From positions 128,001 through 192,000 of IMG/VR virus record IMGVR_UViG_3300046318_000439: a stretch of 64,000 bases of DNA. One strand, written 5' to 3'. Of this stretch, positions 54,261 to 64,000 are shown piece by piece; the first letter of the stretch is position 1, and every line of letters starts with the position of its first letter. The stretch is from a virus. Taxonomy: Duplodnaviria > Caudoviricetes. The position numbers and the translations under genes are program-made. The notes beneath the pieces are model-generated. The model was given only the letters and a program-made list of their open reading frames with translations. It was not told the origin of the DNA and made no database searches.

Positions 54261-54812
54261 TTAGGCGCCACCAGCGTTGCCGGTAGTACCACCACTAACT
54301 TCCCACCAATCATATACAAATGAAACTGTAAACTCTTCAATTGTATCGGTAGCGTTCCAGTCAAGCTCAATTGGCGCAACTTCTACTGGGAAAATACCAT
54401 TAAATGTGTATGTTCTCAGCGCTTCGCCAGTTCTTGAAAACTGTGTTACTTGAGCGTTTGCTTTATATTGCAACGGGCTTGATGATGCAAAATCACGCAC
54501 GTTTGTTTGGAATGTATTGATCCTGTTAGACCACTCTTCCATCGCGTTACGGATTAAGAAATCCTCATCGTTCATAACAGTAACTGTCCACTCTGCAAAT
54601 GTACGATCGCCTGCCATTCTAACTTTACGGCCAAAATACGGAACTTCAATTACTCCAAGTGTTGCAGCAGGAATCTGAGCTGCACGTACCAAGAATGGTA
54701 CTTTAATATCCGCAACCCCGTTGGCGGGGTTTTGGATTGTTACTTGGAATAGAGAGTTACGAGCACCACCGAAGTTTAGCTGACTTCTAATTTCATTTAC
54801 GTTAAATGCCAT
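54261..54812 (-). CDS. gp19: Tail tube protein
   Basis: GGARNSLFQV, GRKVRMAGDRTFAEWTVTV.NDEDF. Confidence 0.96.
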   Translation of the reverse strand: MAFNVNEIRSQLNFGGARNSLFQVTIQNPANGVADIKVPFLVRAAQIPAATLGVIEVPYFGRKVRMAGDRTFAEWTVTVMNDEDFLIRNAMEEWSNRINTFQTNVRDFASSSPLQYKANAQVTQFSRTGEALRTYTFNGIFPVEVAPIELDWNATDTIEEFTVSFVYDWWEVSGGTTGNAGGA

Positions 54813-54842
54813 GTCTGTTCTCCTTATTCTTATTTATTAGGG

Positions 54843-56921
54843 TTAAAACTGCCCTACGATTTCAGAGAACTCAACACCTGATCTAACAGCCACGAAGTTC
54901 AACTGGATAAAGTTGATTGAACGGGCTGGTTTGATATAGATGTCACCGACAAACTCATTGCGGTCAATTACTTCTCCTGTGTTGTTGCTTGAATCGCAAA
55001 CAACCTTGAAGTCGTAAATACCACGACGACCTTGTACATCGCGTAAGAATGGCTCAACTAAGTTCTTGAACTGAGCACGTGTAAATTCATCATTGAATTC
55101 AAACAATGTAAATTTAGCTGCAGTTGCAATTGCCTTCTCTAATACTATGAACAAACGACGTACGTTGATACGATCGAATGCGCTTGGTTTAGCTAATAAC
55201 GTCTTATCTCCAAATAATACTGTACCTTGACCTGGGAATGTTACGACAGGGTTGATACCAGACTTATAGAGAATGTCGCGATCTGCTTTACGTGGATTGT
55301 ATGCTAATTTAACAATATTTTTAACTTGGCCACGATTGAAGCCGCCAGGTGACCACCATGGATCACGAGTCTCGTCTGTACGGACACATAAGCCAGCAAT
55401 ATCGCCGTTCAAAGGAACATATCTGTATAAGTCGTTGTACTTATCATACTGATATTTGTATCCAGAGTCAAGCACTGCATATGATGTTGAGCTCATTGAG
55501 TTACGGAAAGCAATAATGTCTGTAGCCTCGTCACCTGTATTGCTAATCACATCTGCTCGGTCTGGAGATACAAATACTACACAATCCTTACGTGCTTCAG
55601 CAATATTATCAATCAAGTAGTTGGCCAACTGTTCTCCATTTGTGCCGCCACGAGCTTTACCTGTTAATATCAATGATACATCAATATCTTCAGCAGATTT
55701 AAAGTAATCATAAGCTGTAGCCAATGAACCAACTGCAATATCTGCCTCACCATCACCATCTTGACCAGACGTAAACACAGTTGTAGTTGGTTTGGTGTTG
55801 GTTGAGGTCAATACGTTAACTGCTGTATTTGACGCTGCACCAGCTAAGTCATTAGCATACCAAACGTAGTTAGAGTTCTGATTGATGACTTCTTTATAGA
55901 AGTTTGTGGCACCATCATTTGTCTTAGAATCGCTTGCGCGGGATACGTTAGAATATACTTCTAAAATAGTTCCTGGAGTACCAGTCACAATACCGTCGTT
56001 GTCTACTACAACAGCGTGCAATTCATCTTTGGCAGCTGTGTTACCAAAGCTGGCCTGATGTTCAGATTGATCTGGTGCTGCATCAACGCTATTAAAGAAT
56101 TCCCAATAACGTGTTACGCTAGTGCCAGAGAATGCTGTAGATAAACTATACTTGTTATCAAACGATAAAGTAAAGAATGCGTGAGTGGCGTTAACTGTTG
56201 GAACTGCATCATAAGACAAAAGCTTAAGATACTGCTTACCAATTGTTGAATTGCCAACTTCTACATAGTCGCCGATTGTTAGTTTATCAATAAGAGATGT
56301 TGCTGCTGTATTTGCATCTACCAATGTACCAACACTCGAGTTAGCTAATTTAACTAAAGCTGTGTTAGAACCAATTGACATAGTAATGTTAGTTAATGCT
56401 GTGTTGCTGTTAATTGTAGAATCAACAACCGCATTAAGAACGCTGCTATAAGCAGTATTGCTATCGCAAACAGAAATCTTTAATGAATTTCCAAGAGCAC
56501 CAGGATATTTTGCAATAAACTTAATGTCTGTATCTGCAGCAAAAGCACCACTTGACAATTTTTCATTGTAATGATCTTCGTTTTTTACTACGAAAGTGGC
56601 AACGTTTGAAATAGAACCGGTGTTAGCTAAGGCGTTAAAAGCGCCGTTAGCAAGACTTGTTGTGTTTGCAGCACGTACAACAAATAACTTATTACCATAA
56701 GATAAGAAGTTTGCTGCTGTAAAAAACGTTTCTGCGTTGAAATTTGTAGGCTTACCAAATCTAGCTACTAGATTTGACTCTGAATCAACTAACACTCGCT
56801 GCTCTACTGGACCCCAACGGAAAACGCCAGCTAAGGCACCTTCTGTTGTAGATACGGCAGGGACAACGGTTGTCAGATCAATTTCAGATACATTTACGCC
56901 CGGACTGACTTGAAATGGCAT
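54843..56921 (-). CDS. gp18: Tail sheath protein
   Basis: SPGVNVSEIDLT, WWSPGGFNRG, FDRINVRRLF, IKPARSINFI.LNF. Confidence 0.98.
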   Translation of the reverse strand: MPFQVSPGVNVSEIDLTTVVPAVSTTEGALAGVFRWGPVEQRVLVDSESNLVARFGKPTNFNAETFFTAANFLSYGNKLFVVRAANTTSLANGAFNALANTGSISNVATFVVKNEDHYNEKLSSGAFAADTDIKFIAKYPGALGNSLKISVCDSNTAYSSVLNAVVDSTINSNTALTNITMSIGSNTALVKLANSSVGTLVDANTAATSLIDKLTIGDYVEVGNSTIGKQYLKLLSYDAVPTVNATHAFFTLSFDNKYSLSTAFSGTSVTRYWEFFNSVDAAPDQSEHQASFGNTAAKDELHAVVVDNDGIVTGTPGTILEVYSNVSRASDSKTNDGATNFYKEVINQNSNYVWYANDLAGAASNTAVNVLTSTNTKPTTTVFTSGQDGDGEADIAVGSLATAYDYFKSAEDIDVSLILTGKARGGTNGEQLANYLIDNIAEARKDCVVFVSPDRADVISNTGDEATDIIAFRNSMSSTSYAVLDSGYKYQYDKYNDLYRYVPLNGDIAGLCVRTDETRDPWWSPGGFNRGQVKNIVKLAYNPRKADRDILYKSGINPVVTFPGQGTVLFGDKTLLAKPSAFDRINVRRLFIVLEKAIATAAKFTLFEFNDEFTRAQFKNLVEPFLRDVQGRRGIYDFKVVCDSSNNTGEVIDRNEFVGDIYIKPARSINFIQLNFVAVRSGVEFSEIVGQF

Positions 56922-56945
56922 GGTTATCTCCCCAAAAATAGGTTA

Positions 56946-56971
56946 TATTTATAGACTTCTTGGTATTTATA
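56946..56971 (-). promoter_or_regulatory. Tandem late promoters TATAAATA (gp18)
   Basis: Exact consensus at 56946-56953 and 56964-56971. Confidence 0.8.
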
Positions 56972-56977
56972 ATTTCG

Positions 56978-58588
56978 TTAATTTAATAGCCAATTATCGT
57001 TATTGGCTGGAACAGCTATCAAAGGTTTTTCCTCAAACACATCCTGACCATCATCATATATTCCAAATGGTGTTAAGGAATCCTCTAGCATACTTTCTTG
57101 ATCTGCATATAAGTTCTGTCTTAAATCAGTGCTTGTTAGTTCTTTTACATATGGCTGTTCCATTAACCATGAGAATAAAACACAACACATTACTAAGTCA
57201 TCATGTCCTTCTTCTGCCTCATAAGAATCACCTTTAGCAGAAAAACGGAACAATTCGTTTATCAAATCTTGATCTTCTAAAAATATTTTATCATTTTCGA
57301 CCATAGATTTAAAGTTTGAACATCCAATCTTCTTTACGGTCCTTGATGTTTTGACACCAATATTAGAAGTACCACCAAACCCTCCAGTGATTCTTTGACC
57401 TGACTTTTGGTCTGAAGTGGTATAGAATACATGTTCATACTCTAACTCGTAATATAATATGTCAGCAACTTGTTTACCGATATCATTTGATTCCACTAAG
57501 CAATATGCATTATTATAGTGTTTAGCTAACTGATACACCATTGATGGGTATATTAAAGATGATATCTGGTTGTTTCTATACACAGCAGCCACCTTGTACG
57601 GTATTTCCGTAATATCGAAAATAACAAATGCTGAATAGTCTGAACCTATGCCCCTTGACGTATCCACAACAGCTGTATATAATCGGCCTTGTGCCGGTTC
57701 TGAATATATCTTTAGGTGTTCAGTATGCTTTAGGGGATTCGAGTAAGTAAGCATCCTCAATTTAGTTGGACTAATTAAGGTATTAGATGACCCTAAAAAC
57801 TCACAATCGTATTCTTGCCTGAATTGTTCTTCAGAAGTATTTCGAACAATCTGCTCTTTCCAAGCCTCATCGCGACCAGGTACTTGTGACCAATGCACAT
57901 CAACGCGTTTGTAATCATTACGGCCTTCTTCACTATCCTTCCATAGCTTGTAAAACATATTCAAGCCATTAGGTGTAGATGTAATAATTACTTTAGAACT
58001 ATTACCAGAAGAAATTGTAGGATATACAGACATGAAGAATTCTTCTTGCATGTTGTTTGGAACGAACGCGAACTCATCAAGGTAGATTAAGTTCTGAGAC
58101 GTACCACGAATTGCTGAAGACGATGTAGCCGATGCAAGAATCTTCGAACCGTTGGCTAACTCAATAAAACCTTTATTCCATTCCACAACACCTTGCTGTA
58201 ACCATTTTGGTAAATGTTCAAAAGCCATTTGAATACGACCTAGAATTTCACGAGCCTGAGATAGTTTGTTAGCTAAGATTGCAACTGAGTAGTTTTCGTT
58301 AAACAAAACATAGTGCAAAAGGATTGCTGCTACTGTAGTTGTTTTACCGACCTGTCGAGGCATCTTACAAATAACAAAACGCTCTTGATCAGATAACTCA
58401 ACAATTTCTTCTTGGAATGGCCAAAGTTCAAAAGGCACTAAACCTTTATCGACGTTCACAATCTGAACATATTTTTTTATAAAATATAATTTATCTGTAG
58501 CACAACGAGTATACTCTAATAGCTGTTCTCTTGAGAATTCTATCTTGTCATGTATACTTGATAAATTTTGATTGCCGTTGTATGACAT
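56978..58588 (-). CDS. gp17: Terminase large subunit
   Basis: PRQVGKTT, IYLDEFAF, STPNG, DTSRG, GHDDLVM. Confidence 0.98.
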   Translation of the reverse strand: MSYNGNQNLSSIHDKIEFSREQLLEYTRCATDKLYFIKKYVQIVNVDKGLVPFELWPFQEEIVELSDQERFVICKMPRQVGKTTTVAAILLHYVLFNENYSVAILANKLSQAREILGRIQMAFEHLPKWLQQGVVEWNKGFIELANGSKILASATSSSAIRGTSQNLIYLDEFAFVPNNMQEEFFMSVYPTISSGNSSKVIITSTPNGLNMFYKLWKDSEEGRNDYKRVDVHWSQVPGRDEAWKEQIVRNTSEEQFRQEYDCEFLGSSNTLISPTKLRMLTYSNPLKHTEHLKIYSEPAQGRLYTAVVDTSRGIGSDYSAFVIFDITEIPYKVAAVYRNNQISSLIYPSMVYQLAKHYNNAYCLVESNDIGKQVADILYYELEYEHVFYTTSDQKSGQRITGGFGGTSNIGVKTSRTVKKIGCSNFKSMVENDKIFLEDQDLINELFRFSAKGDSYEAEEGHDDLVMCCVLFSWLMEQPYVKELTSTDLRQNLYADQESMLEDSLTPFGIYDDGQDVFEEKPLIAVPANNDNWLLN

Positions 58589-59031
58589 TATTGTTCAACA
58601 TCTTTAATATTGTTATTCTTTAATGCCTTGAGAAGTTCAGCTGTACTACCAACAAAGAGATTATTATTGACTGTTTGAGCGGATCCCTTACCATCAATCT
58701 TGTCTAATTCTTTTTTCTGTTTAGCAAGATTCATTAAGTCTTTATTCGCATCCACCATTGTTTTCACTAGATTGGCTGCTACTTCAAATGCTCTTGGATG
58801 TTGACCCATACCAGCAACATCTAAAATGCCATCTAGCGCCTCTCGTCCCTTTTCGATGGTCGCAATGATGTTACCACGAGCATATTCGTAATCATCCTCT
58901 ATCTGATTAGGATCAGTGGTCTGAATAGGAGTAGGAGGTGGCATAGTGGTCATAGGAGTAAGACCTAGGGCCTCTCCTATGCTATCCGAGCTTGACGATA
59001 AATCCGTATTGGCTGTTTGCTGTGATTTCAT
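58588..59031 (-). CDS. gp16: Terminase small subunit
   Basis: DYEYAR, HPRAFEVA, NNLFVGSTAEL. Confidence 0.93.
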   Translation of the reverse strand: MKSQQTANTDLSSSSDSIGEALGLTPMTTMPPPTPIQTTDPNQIEDDYEYARGNIIATIEKGREALDGILDVAGMGQHPRAFEVAANLVKTMVDANKDLMNLAKQKKELDKIDGKGSAQTVNNNLFVGSTAELLKALKNNNIKDVEQ

Positions 59032-59800
59032 TTCTACCTACACTCACTGAAGCGTTGGATGTTGGCGACCCGTTAGCTAACTGGCCTGGCTCGACGGTTA
59101 CTTTGTCGACGCTCTCTGCAACACCTACTGCATCATCTATGTTATCAAAATTCGAAGCATCAAAGAAGTTTGTATTAGCTAAAGTAATTACTCCAGAGCT
59201 GCGTACTGGACCGTAGAAGTATCCCTTCATGATAAAATCTAATGTCCAAGTAATTACTCTTCGCTCTTCAAAACTGCCCTCATATGTGTCTTGAGGGGTG
59301 ACGTTTAATAAAACTAACGGAATATCCTGTACAATATTCAATTCAGGAATTAAATTAATTGTGGTAGTCCATTCTGGCGTAAAGTATGGAAGAATTTGTT
59401 CAAGTAGTTGTGTACCATCTTCTTGATTCTTAACCATAATATACAACGAGAAAGATATATCGTATGGCACTGGACTATACGAATAACTAAATTCATTCGC
59501 TGTATTACTAACCTTCCTATTCTTATTTATCGTTGGTAATTTACGAGTAGGAGCATATGACATAGTCGTTATTTCAAACGACATGCGTGGTAGGACCATG
59601 GCTACTGGCTTGGATAATTCAGGATTAGACTCTAGTCGAGCTAGTACCTTCTCACGTGGTGCATACTGTAAAGGTACCTTAATAGTATTAACTACATTAT
59701 GAACGCTATATGTTCTGTTGATATAGAGATCGTTAAACAGTGTACCAAATAAGGTTACATATTTTTTAAGAGTGCCGTGATAAAACGTTTTTCCTAGCAT
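58982..59800 (-). CDS. gp15: Tail sheath stabilizer/completion protein
   Basis: FGTLFND, VPLQYAP, LPRMSFE, EQILPYFTP. Confidence 0.95.
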   Translation of the reverse strand: MLGKTFYHGTLKKYVTLFGTLFNDLYINRTYSVHNVVNTIKVPLQYAPREKVLARLESNPELSKPVAMVLPRMSFEITTMSYAPTRKLPTINKNRKVSNTANEFSYSYSPVPYDISFSLYIMVKNQEDGTQLLEQILPYFTPEWTTTINLIPELNIVQDIPLVLLNVTPQDTYEGSFEERRVITWTLDFIMKGYFYGPVRSSGVITLANTNFFDASNFDNIDDAVGVAESVDKVTVEPGQLANGSPTSNASVSVGRNEITANSQYGFIVKLG

Positions 59801-60522
59801 CAGTAAGTTCCTTCACTGAAAGGATCGCGTTCACTGAAGTTGATAAAGTTATCAGCTTCTTCTTGGATTTCATCGTTTTGTGCAGTAGGATCTATAACGT
59901 CAATATCATAGGATTCTTGCAATAAGGAGAATCCATCTTCTAATCTAAGCTCAAGACGTGACTCTGTAGATATTGCAAAGTTGTTAAGCTCAATGTTGTA
60001 GTTTTTCTCAATAGCGTCAATTTCACGAACGCCTGTATTAAGCACCTCTCCGCTGTACTCAAACATCTCACACTTGATATCGTATGATGGTAAAGAACCA
60101 AGAGGCATCATTACTGGGAATTTTTCCACATATGTTATCTTTAGTAAGCGTTTGGCTACTGGCAAGTAAATTAAATCACCTTCACGAGGCCTCAATATGC
60201 CTACTGGTTGTGTGATTTCATCTTGAAAGGTTCTCTGCGATATTGAGAATGTTACTGAATCTCTTATTTCTAAGTTAAACTTCTGAAGGAATGAACCTTC
60301 CCCTTCAAATTGATCAAATGACTTTAAATATACATCTAGCAGTAAAGCTCGCTGATATTCATTTAAAGCATCTTCTGTGTAGATTTCATCTTTATCTACT
60401 GTTTCTCTTGGAAGATAAAAAACATCAATTCCGTGAATTTTTATTGATTCAGCAACTAGCTCCGCCAGGAGATCTTGCTCCATAGCGTTTTGATGTTGAT
60501 CAAAATAAAAGTTGGTAGCCAA
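59800..60522 (-). CDS. gp14: Neck protein
   Basis: ESIKIHG.DV.YLPR, RPREGDLIY, CEMFEYS.E. Confidence 0.95.
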   Translation of the reverse strand: MATNFYFDQHQNAMEQDLLAELVAESIKIHGIDVFYLPRETVDKDEIYTEDALNEYQRALLLDVYLKSFDQFEGEGSFLQKFNLEIRDSVTFSISQRTFQDEITQPVGILRPREGDLIYLPVAKRLLKITYVEKFPVMMPLGSLPSYDIKCEMFEYSGEVLNTGVREIDAIEKNYNIELNNFAISTESRLELRLEDGFSLLQESYDIDVIDPTAQNDEIQEEADNFINFSERDPFSEGTY

Positions 60523-60523
60523 A

Positions 60524-61267
60524 TTAGCCCACCATATCCATTACTGGTAGAGAATAGTTCATAATCATCTCTTGTTCCATCTTCTTGATATCAGCATCTG
60601 CTTCGTCGTAGATCTGCTGCCCATTGAAGGTAATTCCTCCAGGCATCTGCATTCCGTTGAATTTCTTAAGATTGGTACCCCACTGTCTTTTAATAAGAGC
60701 AGTAGCATAGGTAGCCAACCAGCGGTCTCCCCAAACATCTGTATATACTGTTGGATCGATTACTTCATATGCTTCTACAAGTAGATATTCACCTTCATTA
60801 AGAGTATTCCAGTCCATATCCACGTGAAGTTTGTCTCTATGTCTTGTATAACGAATTGGCTGCTTACCTACCAACAATTCTTGAATAACCGCCAAATGCT
60901 GCATTACCATGTAATATGGTACCAACGATACAGAGGTTAGTGTGTAAAGATCATTGAGGGCGATTTGATAGCGAATATTAAACAAATCATCTGAGCGGAC
61001 AGATGGATCGCCAATAGAGAAAATACTTACTGCGCCAATGATGTTTTCTGGCAAAGTAATGTATTTGTTAGCTTTATCGGTAGATGTTACTTGGTGTTTG
61101 TAGTATGTTTTCTCAGTAGCATCAAAGTGATAATCCCCATAATACTTTAACGCTTCATCGATACGATCTTCTACTTGATCATCTTCTACGTTAATTGATA
61201 GTACTGGTTTACCGAGAGCTCTTAAGCAATATTCTTTGAATGACGCTCTATCAGCTGGTACGGCCAT
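60524..61267 (-). CDS. gp13: Neck protein
   Basis: YCLRALGKPV..INV.DDQVEDRIDEAL, KRQWG.NLKKF.G..MPGG. Confidence 0.96.
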   Translation of the reverse strand: MAVPADRASFKEYCLRALGKPVLSINVEDDQVEDRIDEALKYYGDYHFDATEKTYYKHQVTSTDKANKYITLPENIIGAVSIFSIGDPSVRSDDLFNIRYQIALNDLYTLTSVSLVPYYMVMQHLAVIQELLVGKQPIRYTRHRDKLHVDMDWNTLNEGEYLLVEAYEVIDPTVYTDVWGDRWLATYATALIKRQWGTNLKKFNGMQMPGGITFNGQQIYDEADADIKKMEQEMIMNYSLPVMDMVG

Positions 61268-61814
61268 AGCGCAACTCCTTATTTATTTTTCTTGTTTTTA
61301 ACATCTTTTCAATATTTTCTATATTCTTCATGGGATTATTTAGAACCATTGCGCTGGATCTAGTTGCTGTGTGTTTCTTAGCAGCTTCCTTCATGCGATG
61401 TTTGGATTCCTCTTTGTGAGTTTTTCCAATCCAACTAGCAATGGCTTTGTCGTGATTGCAGTTATAAGTACCGCGTCTCTTCCAACTAGTACTCATTTTT
61501 TTACGAGTTTCTTCGCTATGACCATCACAAAAAAACGTACCATTATTGTTGTGCTGATTGTAATAATGAGGATTGTTAGCAGCGTTTACTGATTGAAGAA
61601 TTGCTGATTCCAAAGCACGCATATTGGAAAGCGTGCCAGTTGCTATGATTTGACGAGTAAATTGTTGAGGAGATTGCTTGTATTCTTTTAGTAATACTTT
61701 ACTAGAACACACATAACCATCATTCGGGGTACCCTTGTGTACCCCGACGTAAATCCTATTGTTTTGTGTATTCGTCCAACAGTATACAAAAGCCTCAGGT
61801 GTAGGAACGGCCAT
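61251..61814 (-). mobile_element. GIY-YIG homing endonuclease (Seg-like)
   Basis: FVYCWTN..NNRIYVGVHKG..DGY.CSS, YYNQ, HSEETRKKMS. Confidence 0.9.
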
Positions 61815-61834
61815 ATTTTTCTCCTAATATGGCG

Positions 61835-61842
61835 TATTTATA
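61835..61842 (-). promoter_or_regulatory. Late promoter TATAAATA
   Basis: Exact consensus 20 nt upstream of the ATG at 61814. Confidence 0.85.
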
Positions 61843-61888
61843 TACATCCAAAATACTAGGTTTATTTATCGTGAATTTGAGTAATATA

Positions 61889-62455
61889 TCAAACTCTCGG
61901 TATCAGCCTGTAATATTGAACAACTCCATGTTCAAAAGAATGGAAAACCCATGGTCTGAAGAATACACCTTGGTTTGCTTCCATCCTTACATTTGTCGTA
62001 ACATCCCACTCAAATAAATTTCTATAGTTAAACTGATATCCATCTAAAACTGTTTTGGCGTCTACTTGATTGTAATCATTGAAGCGAACATCTTTTACAT
62101 GATGGTAAGTGTTGAATGTTGTATCTTGCAGGGCGATGACAAAGCACCATTCATTTAAATTATCAAAGTGTTCGAAGTGAATGAAGTTGTTGAATGGTTT
62201 TCTGATGATCCCTGAACGACGATGATCTACTACAACATCCTCCCCCAACATTTTAGAAAAAACTCCATCCATTCCTGGAAACACTAGATTAAAATCTGGC
62301 ACTTCAAGTCCGTAGGGCCTTTCTACGTATTGGAGTCCATCTACAACACTGCATAAGTCCTCAGCTTCTTTCTTAGGAAAGAAACCATCAGCATGAATTA
62401 GTTTTATAGCGGCTTTATTAACCTGCACATCATCCTTTTTATTCTGCTCGCTCAT
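61889..62455 (-). CDS. DUF6445-like protein, possible 2OG-Fe(II) oxygenase-like fold
   Basis: FIHFEH...T.F..YH...NQGVFFRPWVFHS. Confidence 0.45.
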   Translation of the reverse strand: MSEQNKKDDVQVNKAAIKLIHADGFFPKKEAEDLCSVVDGLQYVERPYGLEVPDFNLVFPGMDGVFSKMLGEDVVVDHRRSGIIRKPFNNFIHFEHFDNLNEWCFVIALQDTTFNTYHHVKDVRFNDYNQVDAKTVLDGYQFNYRNLFEWDVTTNVRMEANQGVFFRPWVFHSFEHGVVQYYRLIPRV

Positions 62456-63881
62456 TAATAATAACTCCTAAATCCTTTAAATTATTATAGCTGTCTCTTA
62501 CCCAAAACGGATAGTGATTTTTATACCTTAAACTTTCACTCAAAGCATGAAAGGCAAAATCCTTTGCATTTTCCAAATCATTTTGCTGTTTAAAATACTT
62601 ACTTAGTAATATAAAAGTTCTAGGTCTAAACCAGTTAGTTTGAGACTCAGTCAAATTCAAATATCGAATACCATAGTTATATACATTGTTCCAATCTTTT
62701 TCTTCAAAACTGTAATCTAATAAAAAGCGGATATAGTATGGATCATACTCATTCTTTTCAAACTCTTTCAGACACAGTTCTTTATAGAAAGATGTTTTGT
62801 GAGCTGTTGTTGGAGAATACTTAAAGAAATTTAAACCACTTTTGGAGGATATATTACCCCAAGAGGACGTACGAGAAATTTCCTCATGTACAGGTCGTAC
62901 CCAACTAAATCCATTTCTTCGGTGTACTTTGATCTTACTTTCTACTTCAATGTATTTTTGCTCGTCAAAGTTATATAAGAAACATTTGGTTAAATACGCT
63001 GAGTTGAGGTAACTATATCTTATATCATCTATTGCAGAAGGTGGCATATCCATTCTCTCATTAAAATCTAATGATATGCACCAATCAACATCAGTAGGAA
63101 TTAAATCTAAACAGTCGTTTCTTGCTTGGGCAAAATCAAAAGAAGGATACTGCTTTTCTGTAACCTTAACGTTGTGTTGTTTTAATAGCTCTACAGTCTT
63201 ATCCGTAGAACCAGTATCTAACACATACACATCATCAAAATTGCTAACGTTTTGTATGAACTTTTCAATGTTATGCTCTTCATTTTTACAAATAGCATAA
63301 CCAACAACTTTTGGTACTGCATGTGCAGGCTTTCCTACTACCCAACACCCTTCCATAATATCAAACCGAGCAAACGACTCACGCACTGCTTGTATCACGC
63401 CTGGCCAGCTAAGACAGAAATCATCGCCTGCTAAGATCCCACCTGGTTTTAGTTTGGGCCACCATGCTTGGATATCAGCTAATACATCCTGGTACTCGTG
63501 TGAAGCATCGATGAATATGAAATCTAAACTCTCATCGGGAAATCGAGTTACAGCTTCAAGCGAGGGTGCACGCATTGGAGTATAATAATTCTCCAATGGT
63601 TTCATATTAGTTGTAAATGTATCGTAAAGGCTAGAAAGTTCTTCTTTATTTATTTCTTGATGTTCTACAGACCCCATCCATGTATCGACACAAGTGAAAG
63701 ATATGGATTTATTAGAGTTAGCTATTTCTACTGCCATGAAAGCAGATGATTTGCCTTTCCATGAACCTACCTCAACAAACTTACTACCGGACGGAAACTT
63801 ACTTACAACGTCCGCATAAAGTTTAGCATACGAAAACCAGTTTTCCCCAAACTCTGGCTGTTGATAAATGTGATCGATCAT
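62439..63881 (-). CDS. Class I methyltransferase fused to GT2 glycosyltransferase and helical domain
   Basis: VEVGSWKGKS, CVDTW, FIFIDASH..., GGILAGDD; YAICKNEE, LDTGSTD, FAQARN, SLDFNE. Confidence 0.85.
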   Translation of the reverse strand: MIDHIYQQPEFGENWFSYAKLYADVVSKFPSGSKFVEVGSWKGKSSAFMAVEIANSNKSISFTCVDTWMGSVEHQEINKEELSSLYDTFTTNMKPLENYYTPMRAPSLEAVTRFPDESLDFIFIDASHEYQDVLADIQAWWPKLKPGGILAGDDFCLSWPGVIQAVRESFARFDIMEGCWVVGKPAHAVPKVVGYAICKNEEHNIEKFIQNVSNFDDVYVLDTGSTDKTVELLKQHNVKVTEKQYPSFDFAQARNDCLDLIPTDVDWCISLDFNERMDMPPSAIDDIRYSYLNSAYLTKCFLYNFDEQKYIEVESKIKVHRRNGFSWVRPVHEEISRTSSWGNISSKSGLNFFKYSPTTAHKTSFYKELCLKEFEKNEYDPYYIRFLLDYSFEEKDWNNVYNYGIRYLNLTESQTNWFRPRTFILLSKYFKQQNDLENAKDFAFHALSESLRYKNHYPFWVRDSYNNLKDLGVIINERAE

Positions 63882-64000
63882 TCTGCAAAAATATCGTGGT
63901 TAATCACATTGCAGAATTCTTTCAACTCTTCTTTTGAGAAATTCATAATACCGTCATTGAGGCGATCTGTAAACTCTGTTTCCACCCCACCAAAACGAAT
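63878..64000 (-). CDS. C-terminal fragment of an upstream gene (truncated by window)
   Basis: Open frame ...EFCNVINHDIFAE* whose TGA overlaps the next ATG. Confidence 0.6.
   Translation of the reverse strand: MRFGGVETEFTDRLNDGIMNFSKEELKEFCNVINHDIFAE

Noticed and set aside
12921-58588. Inteins or introns in gp41, gp43, gp46, gp17 and gp23
   Set aside because: Lengths are normal for T4-like homologs and no intein motifs were seen.
105-63434. Numerous plus-strand and alternate-frame ORFs in the track (for example 257..829, 4544..4867, 5727..6101, 24693..25061, 39038..39475, 48699..49106)
   Set aside because: They are antisense or frame shadows of well-supported minus-strand genes, with no RBS or recognisable motifs. 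Exceptions kept: 2100..2282 (o-spanin) and 40514..41197 (HNH).
1-64000. Stop-codon reassignment
   Set aside because: Core genes are full length in code 11; TAA, TAG and TGA all end conserved genes; no suppressor tRNA seen.

Overview
A 64-kb segment of a large T4-like myovirus genome in the standard genetic code, with almost all real genes on the minus strand. The host is Gram-negative (spanins present) and possibly a PHA-storing betaproteobacterium (phasin-like gene). Reading along the minus strand: virion morphogenesis block (gp13-gp23, gp3), late transcription/recombination (uvsY, uvsW, gp55, gp47, gp46), a 7-deazaguanine locus (queE, PRTase, folE, DpdL-like T-fold protein, TGT/DpdA-like protein, dNMP kinase, dUTPase; queD sits separately behind gp43), replisome genes (gp45, 44, 62, regA, 43, uvsX, 41), a five-tRNA island with two HNH genes and several unexplained structured RNAs, an hsp20/phasin-like operon, a block of probable capsid-internal proteins (ligase-like protein with a capsid-targeting-like N-terminus, HIGH nucleotidyltransferase polyprotein, Dps), and a lysis cassette (embedded spanin pair, GH19 endolysin, holin). 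The best leads are (1) the deazaguanine pathway with riboswitch-like leaders on folE and queD, (2) a possibly virion-packaged ligase + nucleotidyltransferase module, and (3) non-canonical tRNA-like RNAs. All family calls come from motif recognition by eye; no database searches or folding computations were run.
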